Part shown: positions 16,630 through 24,556 of the stretch, piece by piece
Position numbering within the stretch: the stretch's first letter is position 1
How the letters are laid out: the number at the start of each line of letters is the position of its first letter
Source of the DNA: Desulfocapsa sp.
Lineage (GTDB): Bacteria; Desulfobacterota; Desulfobulbia; Desulfobulbales; Desulfocapsaceae
Assembly: GCA_029932055.1 (NCBI GenBank)
Contig: JAOZQU010000001.1
Span: 1-50,871, forward strand
Direction of reading: 5' to 3'
Length of the DNA: 50,871 bases
Notes under the pieces: generated by a model
Database searches by the model: none
What the model was told of the DNA's origin: nothing
Seen by the model: the letters and a program-made list of their open reading frames with translations, nothing else
Program-made: the position numbers and the translations under genes

Positions 16630-18720
16630 ATGAAACGTAATCCTTTTGGCGCACTTCTCGATAAAACAACCCCGCCTGAAGGGTTGTTGCTCCTTATTCT
16701 TGCCGTTATTATCGGTGGATCCACCGGTTTAGCTGCTGTTTTTTTTATCCATCTAATAGTATTTATCCAAAAGAGTTCATACAGCAGCATTCAATATCTG
16801 TTTCCTCACCTGGGTGTTTGGAGTTATGTCCTTGTGCCGGTTGGTGGCGCTTTGATTGCCGGTCCAATTATTGCCTGGTTCGCCAAGGAAGCAAAAGGGC
16901 ATGGTGTTCCTGAAGTTATGCAGGCGATTGTTTTGCGGGGTGGCAGGATTCGCCCACGGGTTGCAATTGCCAAAATATTATCTTCTGCCTTATGTATCGG
17001 AACCGGTGGTTCTGCAGGTCGTGAAGGGCCCATTGTTCAGGTTGGGTCTACCTTGGGTTCCGTTACAGGGCAGATTCTTCATCTCTCTGATGATCGCATA
17101 AAAAATCTTGTGGCCTGTGGTGCAGCGGCAGGGATTGCAGCAACGTTTAATGCCCCCATTGCCGGAGTGGCTTTTGCCATTGAGGTATTGATGAGTGAGT
17201 TACAGGTACGGGCATTTGGTAACGTGGTCATTGCAGCTGTATCAGCATCCGTTGTCAGCCAGATGTATCTTGGAGATCGACCTGCTTTCAGCGTCCCGTC
17301 GTACACCATGGAATCACCGATAACCATCTTATTTTATCTTCTTCTAGGACTAGTTGCTGCTCTTGTTGGCGTGTTTTTCATACGAATGCTAACGTGGTTT
17401 GAAGATGTGTTTGATAATTGGAAATTCCCTCTTTCCCTTAAACCTACCGTTGGTGCATTGCTTCTAGGGCTACTTGGTTTATGTTATCTGAAACTTACTG
17501 GGCTAAACTTCAATAGTGTAGTTGAGTATCAGTCAGGGGGGCAGTTTATTGATAATATACCCCATCTATATGGATCAGGTTTTATTTTTATTGAAGATGC
17601 GCTGCAGGGGAATACCAGCCTTTGGGTTCTTGCCCTGCTTGTTTTCTTAAAACCTCTTGCCACGTCGTTTACCCTTGGTTCAGGAAATTCAGGTGGAGTC
17701 TTCGCGCCATCACTTTTTATTGGGGCTATGCTCGGTGGTGCCATGGGGGAAATTTTTTCTGCCTGGCAACCTGAACTTGCCGGTCCATCCGGTGCCTACG
17801 CTCTTGTTGGAATGGCTGCCGTTTTTTCAGCCTGTGCCCGTGCACCACTGACGGCAATGCTTATTGTTTTTGAAATGAGTAATGAATATGCGCTTATTTT
17901 ACCTCTCATGCTCACAGCAGTCACAGCTTCCTATCTTGCCCAGTATCTTCATCCTGAGTCCATCTATACTATTAAGCTTGCTAAACGCGGCATACGATTT
18001 GAGCAAGGGAGGGATATGGATATTATGCAGGGGGTACAAGTACGGGAGGTGATGAACCGGGATGCCTTGACAGTCTATAAGGATCAACCTTTAGTAGAAC
18101 TGTACCAGCAGTTTCAGGAAACCAATTTTCTTGGATTTCCTGTACTTGATGACAATGAATCGCTCTGGGGAATTGCTACTCTCCAGGATCTTGAGAAAGC
18201 TCTTTCACAAGAGGCTGTAAAGATACGCAGTTTAAAAGTAGAGGATATCGCAACAATAGATCCTGTAACAGTGTTTGCGGATGAGCCAATCTGGACTGCC
18301 ATTCAGAAAATGGCACCCAGAGATCTTGCCAGGCTTCCTGTTGTCTCACGGTCTTCAGAGAAGCAATTACTCGGTTTAATCAGCCGTAGTGATATCTTGA
18401 GAGCCTATGATGTCGGTATCGTCCGTAAACAAAGAGGGCAGTTACTTGATGGCGATCTTACACTCCGGAAGGAGCAATTTAATGATTTCACAGAGTTTCG
18501 CCTAAAAACAGGATATCATGCGGTTGGCAAGGAACTCAGAGATTTAGATTTAGGAGAAATGATAAACGTTGTATCGATGGATAGAGAAGGTGTTTTGCAT
18601 ATTCTCCGTGGTAATACTCGCTTTGCTTCCGGGGATATCATAACTTTGTTCGGCAGAAAAAATGCCCTTGAGTTTGCTCGCATCGAATTTGTTTCAGGAA
18701 AAAATGAAAATATTATATAG
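16630..18720 (+). CDS. CLC-family anion transporter/channel with CBS pair and C-terminal TrkA-C-like domain
   Basis: GHGVPE, GREGP, FNAPIAG, GGVFAP, SIYT; two CBS domains; RCK_C-like tail. Confidence 0.93.
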   Translation: MKRNPFGALLDKTTPPEGLLLLILAVIIGGSTGLAAVFFIHLIVFIQKSSYSSIQYLFPHLGVWSYVLVPVGGALIAGPIIAWFAKEAKGHGVPEVMQAIVLRGGRIRPRVAIAKILSSALCIGTGGSAGREGPIVQVGSTLGSVTGQILHLSDDRIKNLVACGAAAGIAATFNAPIAGVAFAIEVLMSELQVRAFGNVVIAAVSASVVSQMYLGDRPAFSVPSYTMESPITILFYLLLGLVAALVGVFFIRMLTWFEDVFDNWKFPLSLKPTVGALLLGLLGLCYLKLTGLNFNSVVEYQSGGQFIDNIPHLYGSGFIFIEDALQGNTSLWVLALLVFLKPLATSFTLGSGNSGGVFAPSLFIGAMLGGAMGEIFSAWQPELAGPSGAYALVGMAAVFSACARAPLTAMLIVFEMSNEYALILPLMLTAVTASYLAQYLHPESIYTIKLAKRGIRFEQGRDMDIMQGVQVREVMNRDALTVYKDQPLVELYQQFQETNFLGFPVLDDNESLWGIATLQDLEKALSQEAVKIRSLKVEDIATIDPVTVFADEPIWTAIQKMAPRDLARLPVVSRSSEKQLLGLISRSDILRAYDVGIVRKQRGQLLDGDLTLRKEQFNDFTEFRLKTGYHAVGKELRDLDLGEMINVVSMDREGVLHILRGNTRFASGDIITLFGRKNALEFARIEFVSGKNENII

Positions 18721-18756
18721 CTGAACTATTACTCATTATTACCAGGAGTTACTGTT

Positions 18757-19371
18757 ATGAATGAAAAAAAGATTAGTATCACAGTGTTGTTGCCTGCCGG
18801 CCGTCTTCCTTTAGATATCATGGCCAAGGCCCATGAGCTTGCCGGTCGATATGATTTAGGTATTTACTGTTCTCTGACCCAGAACATGCGCTTGATTAAT
18901 GTTCCGGAAAGTGCTGTGGATAATGTAAAGAATGAACTCGCAGAGCTTGGGGCTGATTTTAAGGGACCAGGAAAATTCCCGCTGCCACGAATCTGTGTGG
19001 GGAAGGATCATTGTTCACTTGGGCTTGTGGATACCGAGGAGCTCAGCGGCCGCATTACGGCTCGTTTTGCAGGTCGGGAAAAGACTAAGGCCAAGTTCAA
19101 GATAGCCATCTGTGGCTGTCCTTTAAATTGTTCTTCTCCCAAGGAAACCGATATCGGTGTGGTTGCAACAAAAAAAGGCTACGAAATCTACGCAGGTGGT
19201 AAAGGCGGTGCTTTTCCCAAGATTGGTCGGCGTATAAAACGAGAGGCAACTGCTGATGAGGTTGTGGATATTATCGCTACACTGGTAGATTTTCATCATG
19301 AAAAAACAAAGACAAAGCAGAGAATGTATAAACTGCTGGCTGATCCTGAATTTCCTTTTGCTGAGGTGTAA
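18757..19371 (+). CDS. Small nitrite/sulfite reductase-like siroheme/4Fe-4S protein
   Basis: GRL...TQN half-domain, CVGKDHC (Cx5C), KFKIAICGCPLNC (Cx3C), DIG...GGKGG. Confidence 0.85.
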   Translation: MNEKKISITVLLPAGRLPLDIMAKAHELAGRYDLGIYCSLTQNMRLINVPESAVDNVKNELAELGADFKGPGKFPLPRICVGKDHCSLGLVDTEELSGRITARFAGREKTKAKFKIAICGCPLNCSSPKETDIGVVATKKGYEIYAGGKGGAFPKIGRRIKREATADEVVDIIATLVDFHHEKTKTKQRMYKLLADPEFPFAEV

Positions 19372-19444
19372 CAGGGGTGAGTGAATTGATCAGCTTTGGT
19401 CGAAGTTATCTAGAAAAATTAGTGAAATTTATGAGTATAAAATG

Positions 19445-19488
19445 AAAAACCTCCTGTTCTACGAATATACCATTCGTTGAACAGGAGG
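19445..19488 (-). terminator. Terminator between the convergent reductase gene and module B
   Basis: CCTCCTGTTC/GAACAGGAGG stem with adjacent A5 (T-tract on minus strand). Confidence 0.7.
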
Positions 19489-19522
19489 CTAGAGAGTAAG
19501 ACTTGCTTTTATAAGAATTTTA

Positions 19523-19822
19523 CTATTTGTTTGCTGAAACCGCCTTTGTATCTTTGTTTACATATTTAAAGAAAACTGGAAAGGCTACGAAGAAGGCGAC
19601 ACAGATCAGGTATTCAATACCTTTGATGTGTGTATAGTAGTCAACCAGAGTATGCAATGGTTTTACCATTCCGATAGCTGCCATGTATTGTCCAGCCAGT
19701 TCACTAACAGACCAGCCTACTGAAGAAAGGGCGCTGGTAAGAGCTGCTGCAACCCAAAGACACATGATGGAGCCAGCTGCGAGGATGATTCTACTTGCGG
19801 TTTTTGATGTATTGTTAGCCAT
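19523..19822 (-). CDS. 99-aa membrane microprotein, copy B
   Basis: Paralog of 15619-15915; RBS AAGGAG. Confidence 0.85.
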   Translation of the reverse strand: MANNTSKTASRIILAAGSIMCLWVAAALTSALSSVGWSVSELAGQYMAAIGMVKPLHTLVDYYTHIKGIEYLICVAFFVAFPVFFKYVNKDTKAVSANK

Positions 19823-19882
19823 GGTGTTCTCCTTGTTTGATTCTGTTCTATTTAATTAAGATTTATTTATTTTGTTGGTTGA

Positions 19883-20077
19883 TTAGCCAAGCACTGCGGT
19901 TATGTAGCTTTTTACAAGACTTAAGGGCCCATTACTCATAAGTGCACTTACGAGACAGGCGGTTCCCCAGAGGCCAACGATAGCGGCCATTGATATTCCA
20001 ACACCCAGGGCGAAGTTGGAGGTTTCGTATCCGGCCTTAATGTTATTTGTAGTTGTTGTGTGTGTAGTTGTAGTCAT
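19883..20077 (-). CDS. 64-aa membrane microprotein, copy B
   Basis: Paralog of 15959-16153; RBS GGAGG. Confidence 0.85.
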   Translation of the reverse strand: MTTTTHTTTTNNIKAGYETSNFALGVGISMAAIVGLWGTACLVSALMSNGPLSLVKSYITAVLG

Positions 20078-20133
20078 GGGATCCTCCGTGTTTGAGTGGG
20101 TTGTAGTCTTTTTTGTTTTCTTACCTTTCTGTT

Positions 20134-20149
20134 AGCATTAATGATGCCA
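20134..20149 (-). promoter_or_regulatory. Sigma54 promoter, module B
   Basis: Minus strand TGGCATCATTAATGCT (GG-N10-GC). Confidence 0.8.
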
Positions 20150-20188
20150 GTTTGTAGGCTGTGGGGTGGAGAATGGGCGGAGTATTTA

Positions 20189-20201
20189 TAATATATTGAT
20201 T
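20189..20201 (-). promoter_or_regulatory. Putative IHF site
   Basis: Minus strand AATCAATATATTA fits WATCAANNNNTTR and lies between the sigma54 site and the GTGT repeats. Confidence 0.55.
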
Positions 20202-20402
20202 TTGCAATATATTTTTGTAATTTGCGGGTTATTTTTCGTCGCAGCGCAAGTGTATCTCAAGATAGCATTTGTGATCATATGTGTAGCGATTTGGCCTGAA
20301 AGTGTGGCTTCGCCCTGCGGAAGTGTAGTTTTATTGCGAGCGGGTGTGGCGGGATACCTGTCTTGGGTGTGTGCGGGACTTTGCTGACAAAAGGATGAAT
20401 GT

Positions 20403-22169
20403 CTACTTTTTTCCAGGAAGTCGACAGACAAGACTGGAGGAAGGCAGACAATGATCTCTGAGAATGTGCTGGTCATATGCAGTAAGCAGGTCATCTTTTT
20501 TCAGGCAACCAACGGTTTGGCTGGGCTGGGATGCTGACATTACTGGAAGGAAAGAAAAATGATGATGGCTGAACAGGTGAAAGGCTTTTTCAAGGTTATC
20601 GTTTTCGCTTACCGTGGCTACGTCCCTGGTCATAAGATCTGCAGCGGTGATGGATGTATCCGCTGACCCGGGTTGGGCCAGAAGGGCACGAACATCACGA
20701 AGAGTTAGGACACCAGCAAGGTTACCTTGTTTGTTATTGATCATGAAATGTGGAAAAGGGTTACTCAGGAGTCGTTCCATTATTTCGTCAAGAGGCATAT
20801 TGCCAGGTAAGGTGGAAACGTCGGTACATATATAATCATGGATTTTCATGGCTCGTAGCCTGTTGGCATCGTGACCTCGGACAATACGAATGCCTTGCAT
20901 AAGCAATCGCGTCTCATAGATGGAAAAGCCATGCAGTACGCGGACAACAATGATACTTGGGATACAGGCAAGCATTAACGGAAGAATTATTTCGTAATTA
21001 TTAGTTAACTCAAAGATGGTGAGAATGGCGGTGATGGGAGCTAGAGTGGTGCCGGCCACCATAGCTCCCATCCCAACAAGAGCAAAATGGCTGGGTAACA
21101 TGAGTGAGGCTGGCCAGATAAGGAGAGCTAGATTGCCGCAGATAGCACCAAGCATAGCTCCTAAAAAGAGAGAGGGCGCAAATATACCGCCACTCATGCC
21201 GGATCCGATACAGGAGCTGGTAGCTAAAAGTTTAGCAAGGAGAAGGACAAGGGCAGTGGTGCATAAGAAGTCTCCTTGTAATACCTGAGTTACGGCCTCA
21301 TAGCCTACCCCTAAAGCCTGAGGATGAAAGAGGCCAAGAATGCCAATGATAATACCACCCAAGGCCGGAGAAAGCCATCCAGGTACCTTGAGTCGGTCTA
21401 TGCCCTTGCTGAATCCAAAGACAAGGGCCATAAGAATAAGGCTGAGAAGGCCTGCCATGAGTCCTAATCCAAGATAAAGCAGGAGTTCGGCTGGATGTCC
21501 CAAAGCGAATTGCGGAGCCTGAAATAAAATGCCCTCATTCCAGAAGGAGCGGGAGACCATAGTTCCGGTTACGGCTGCAATCACAATATTTGAGAGTGAG
21601 GTGACCTCCAGATCGAAAAGAAGGATCTCAACAACGAAAAGGGTGCCTGCCATAGGTGCCTGGAAGGTGGCGGCAATGCCAGCAGCAGCACCACAGGCCA
21701 CGGCAAGTTTACGATGATCCGGCCCAAGTCGAAAGAGTTGACATAATGAGGAACCTATGGAAGATCCTATCTGAACAATGGGACCTTCTCTGCCGAGAGA
21801 GCAGCCAGAGGCAATAAAAGTGGCGGTGGCAAAACTTTTGGCAAGTGTGACTCGATGCCTGATAATGCCATCACGCTGGGCTAGAGCCGCCATTACCTCT
21901 GGAACACCGGGACCTCGAATTTCCGGGGCAACAAAATGAAGAAGGGGACCAAGAATAAACCCGGCAAGTACAGGAATACCAACACGCCAGAAGATAGGGG
22001 CCTGTTCATAGCGGCTGACAAAGTCACCTTCTCCAGGCCAGAAGACGTTAATGCCGATTTCTATGAGCCAACGGAAGAAAACCGCACCAATACCTGCCAG
22101 AGCACCAATGACCACTGCAAGTAGCAAAGGGAAGAGGATGGAGTTGAGGGCTGGTTTCTGATTTGTCAT
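20403..22169 (-). CDS. CLC-family anion transporter/channel with CBS pair (GPGVP filter)
   Basis: GPGVPE, GREGP, FQAPMAG, GGIFAP, SIYE; two CBS domains. Confidence 0.93.
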   Translation of the reverse strand: MTNQKPALNSILFPLLLAVVIGALAGIGAVFFRWLIEIGINVFWPGEGDFVSRYEQAPIFWRVGIPVLAGFILGPLLHFVAPEIRGPGVPEVMAALAQRDGIIRHRVTLAKSFATATFIASGCSLGREGPIVQIGSSIGSSLCQLFRLGPDHRKLAVACGAAAGIAATFQAPMAGTLFVVEILLFDLEVTSLSNIVIAAVTGTMVSRSFWNEGILFQAPQFALGHPAELLLYLGLGLMAGLLSLILMALVFGFSKGIDRLKVPGWLSPALGGIIIGILGLFHPQALGVGYEAVTQVLQGDFLCTTALVLLLAKLLATSSCIGSGMSGGIFAPSLFLGAMLGAICGNLALLIWPASLMLPSHFALVGMGAMVAGTTLAPITAILTIFELTNNYEIILPLMLACIPSIIVVRVLHGFSIYETRLLMQGIRIVRGHDANRLRAMKIHDYICTDVSTLPGNMPLDEIMERLLSNPFPHFMINNKQGNLAGVLTLRDVRALLAQPGSADTSITAADLMTRDVATVSENDNLEKAFHLFSHHHFSFLPVMSASQPSQTVGCLKKDDLLTAYDQHILRDHCLPSSSLVCRLPGKK

Positions 22170-22215
22170 AGGCTCAACAATCTTTCGGTTGATCTAACTG
22201 TAGTGTTCCGGTGAT

Positions 22216-22614
22216 CTAATCTTCTATGACTGTCTTGACGGCATCATGGGCAGTTCCTGATTTGATTACAATATTTATATGATGATTCGTTAAGGTTTGC
22301 TGCATTTTATCACCAATGGATTTAGCAATAATAATGGTGACATTTTTATCAGCAAGCAGGGCAACAACGGTACGGCTAATACCTCCTGATTGATTTTCGG
22401 CTGGGTTTTTCATAGCTTCAAGAAATTGTCCCTTGCCATCGAAAAAAAGAAAGAATGGAGCTCTGCCAGTCTCCTCGCTAATGAGGGAGTTGTTTTCTGA
22501 ACCTGTTGCGGGTACGGCAATTTTTGTTGTTTGGGCAGAAAGGCCCAGTGGAAGAGCAACGAGCAATATGATAACAATGCTCTGAAAAACAGTTTGTATG
22601 GATTTAATTTTCAT
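22216..22614 (-). CDS. NifB/NifX-family protein with N-terminal signal peptide
   Basis: KIAVP...IS..TGRAPFFL.FD...NP...GG...V..II...IG core after an LSA-Q signal. Confidence 0.75.
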   Translation of the reverse strand: MKIKSIQTVFQSIVIILLVALPLGLSAQTTKIAVPATGSENNSLISEETGRAPFFLFFDGKGQFLEAMKNPAENQSGGISRTVVALLADKNVTIIIAKSIGDKMQQTLTNHHINIVIKSGTAHDAVKTVIED

Positions 22615-22650
22615 AGTGTTTTTCCTTTTAAAACCTTTTTAATTATTTTC

Positions 22651-22796
22651 GTAACTATTCAGCGTGTTGTTGTTAGGCATATTATTTCAAAAAGCACGTC
22701 ATTCCCGATAACTACCTCGGGAATGACGGATTTTATAAAGTTTTAGCCCAAAAGAATATAAAATTCAGGGTCTGCAAAATTACGCTGAATAGTTAC
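22651..22796. mobile_element. 146-bp MITE-like element
   Basis: 15-bp perfect TIR GTAACTATTCAGCGT/ACGCTGAATAGTTAC. Flanks TTATTTTC/TTATTTTT match at 7/8. Internal CGTCATTCCCGA-N8-TCGGGAATGACG hairpin. Confidence 0.8.
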
Positions 22797-22859
22797 TTAT
22801 TTTTACTCATTTCAGTACTACATAGGGATAAACAAACACGAAAAGAATTTATAAGGCAT

Positions 22860-22898
22860 AAAAAAAGGCGGATGCTCCAAAATGGAACAGCCGCCTTT
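22860..22898 (-). terminator. Terminator of the octaheme cytochrome gene
   Basis: AAAGGCGG...CCGCCTTT stem with a T-tract on the minus strand. Confidence 0.7.
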
Positions 22899-22934
22899 CT
22901 GCTTTTTGACTGACTAAGTCTGTCTTATGTCGAC

Positions 22935-24221
22935 TTAATGTCCGCCATGTGTTGCTCGCATAACCTTGGCAAGTTCTTTGATCTCACCCAGATCTTTGTA
23001 CATTTCAGCAAAACCATACCAATACGCATAATCTGGATTGACATGGAAAAATCCCTGGTATGCACGCATACGGTGCTTCATATACATTTGGAGAAGTACT
23101 TGGTCAATGTAGGAGATTTTATCATAATCTTTATCCCAGTCATTACCATTGGTGTGCATGAAGGACAGCAGGAAAGGATAGTTTGCTGGGTATCCAGCAG
23201 GCTTTTTGATGAGTCCGTCTTTGTACAGGGCGGCTACAGTATTAATACCTTCAGCCATCAACCGGTCAATTTTAACGAACATGGTATCGCCGGCATCCAT
23301 TTGCTCTTTGGCATATGCTTCTGAGTGACATTGAGAGCAGACTTTGAGCATTTTATCACGCTCTTTCTGCCAGGATTCCTGATCGAGGCGAACCATATCC
23401 ACAGCCTTGACAGCATCAAGGATTGGAGTGGGCTTGCCGGTTTCAGGATCCAGAACGCCAAGCGCCATGAGGATGGTCACACGATCGTCAGCTGCCTGTT
23501 TGTCATCTGGCAGAGGCAGGCGTACACCTAAGAAGCCCCAAGCGGTATGGTTCTCATGGGTGCCGTCGGGAAGGTGACAGGTCTGACAGGTAGGTGCCAC
23601 AGCATCGGCAGGAAGGTCACCGTTCTGTTTGGCAAACCAGCGTTCGCCATGCTTGGAGGAAGACCACATCTCCCACTGCGGATGATCATATCCCATATGG
23701 CATTGCTGACAGGCCCTGGGATTATTGGCCTCTTTTTTGGAAAAGGAATGACGGGTATGGCATTCGTCACAAGAGTTATTCTGGTAGCGGTAGCCTTTTT
23801 CCAGTTGCTCTTTTTTCTGTGCTTCAGTCTTGATGCCCATGTTGTGACAACCGCCGCAGCCGCGTCCACCTTCCATCAGTTCATCAGGAGCCCAGTGGGT
23901 TGCCGGAATAGCATTGAGAGAGGTCCAGCCGTAGTTATGTTTGCCCTTGGCAAAAGAGTCAAATTGCTCTTCATGACACTCGGCACAAACATTTTCGTCG
24001 GGAAGTTGTGCTTTTTTGTAGTCTTCTGCGGTGGAATGTGCGTCACCGTGACAGTTCACACAACTTACATCCTCAGTGGAATGTTTTGAGGCTTTCCAGT
24101 CCTGAACCTGGCCTGGAGAAATCTTGGTATGGCAGTCAATACAGCTATCTGCCATGGCACCACTTGACATCAACAGTGCGGTTATTGCTCCCCCGAGCAA
24201 CGCATACTTCATTTTTTGCAT
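22935..24221 (-). CDS. Periplasmic octaheme cytochrome c, hydroxylamine oxidoreductase (HAO) family
   Basis: AMA signal; eight CxxCH (CIDCH, CVNCH, CAECH, CGGCH, CDECH, CQQCH, CQTCH, CSQCH); HMGYDHPQWE..SSKHG and G.FHVNPDY motifs. Confidence 0.88.
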   Translation of the reverse strand: MQKMKYALLGGAITALLMSSGAMADSCIDCHTKISPGQVQDWKASKHSTEDVSCVNCHGDAHSTAEDYKKAQLPDENVCAECHEEQFDSFAKGKHNYGWTSLNAIPATHWAPDELMEGGRGCGGCHNMGIKTEAQKKEQLEKGYRYQNNSCDECHTRHSFSKKEANNPRACQQCHMGYDHPQWEMWSSSKHGERWFAKQNGDLPADAVAPTCQTCHLPDGTHENHTAWGFLGVRLPLPDDKQAADDRVTILMALGVLDPETGKPTPILDAVKAVDMVRLDQESWQKERDKMLKVCSQCHSEAYAKEQMDAGDTMFVKIDRLMAEGINTVAALYKDGLIKKPAGYPANYPFLLSFMHTNGNDWDKDYDKISYIDQVLLQMYMKHRMRAYQGFFHVNPDYAYWYGFAEMYKDLGEIKELAKVMRATHGGH

Positions 24222-24275
24222 TCGGATCCTCCTTAATTTGATCTGAAAGAAAATGGTTGGAAAAGGGTTTATTGG

Positions 24276-24331
24276 TATATACTCACCTTGTTCAGGTGAG
24301 AATATATATTAGTTGGTATTTCGAAAGTCAA
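24276..24331 (-). promoter_or_regulatory. Sigma70-like promoter overlapped by a palindromic operator
   Basis: Minus strand TTGACT-N17-TATATA. IR TATATACTCACCT-N5-AGGTGAGAATATA at 24276-24306. Confidence 0.5.
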
Positions 24332-24556
24332 GAGTTTTTCTGGGGTGCCTGAAAAGTAACGCTGCAACTTTACGAGAAAGAAGTTTCCTGACATATAAAA
24401 TATTGTTCAATGCCTTTTAGTGCCTTACTCCATAATTCCTGTCATAAAAAAACAAGAAAACTGGAGAGTGTTTTAAAATTAACAAGTTACAAGTACCACC
24501 AAGGCACTTATGCCGGCTTTCCATACCGTTTACCGGTGTTAGATGTGTGTAGGTTT

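Noticed and set aside
15619-20077. Duplicated genes as a DGR template/variable repeat pair
   Set aside because: Differences are synonymous third-position changes rather than adenine-specific, and there is no RT.
16355-20372. GTGT arrays or the duplicated modules as a CRISPR array
   Set aside because: The repeats are only 4-6 bp with a period of about 21 bp, and there are no cas genes.
20166-20494. ORFs 20166-20387 and 20186-20494, and similarly 16251-16487
   Set aside because: They overlie the sigma54 regulatory regions and are not conserved between the two module copies.
24343-24512. GGTGCCTGAAAAGT as an IS end
   Set aside because: No convincing matching inverted end or target duplication was found.
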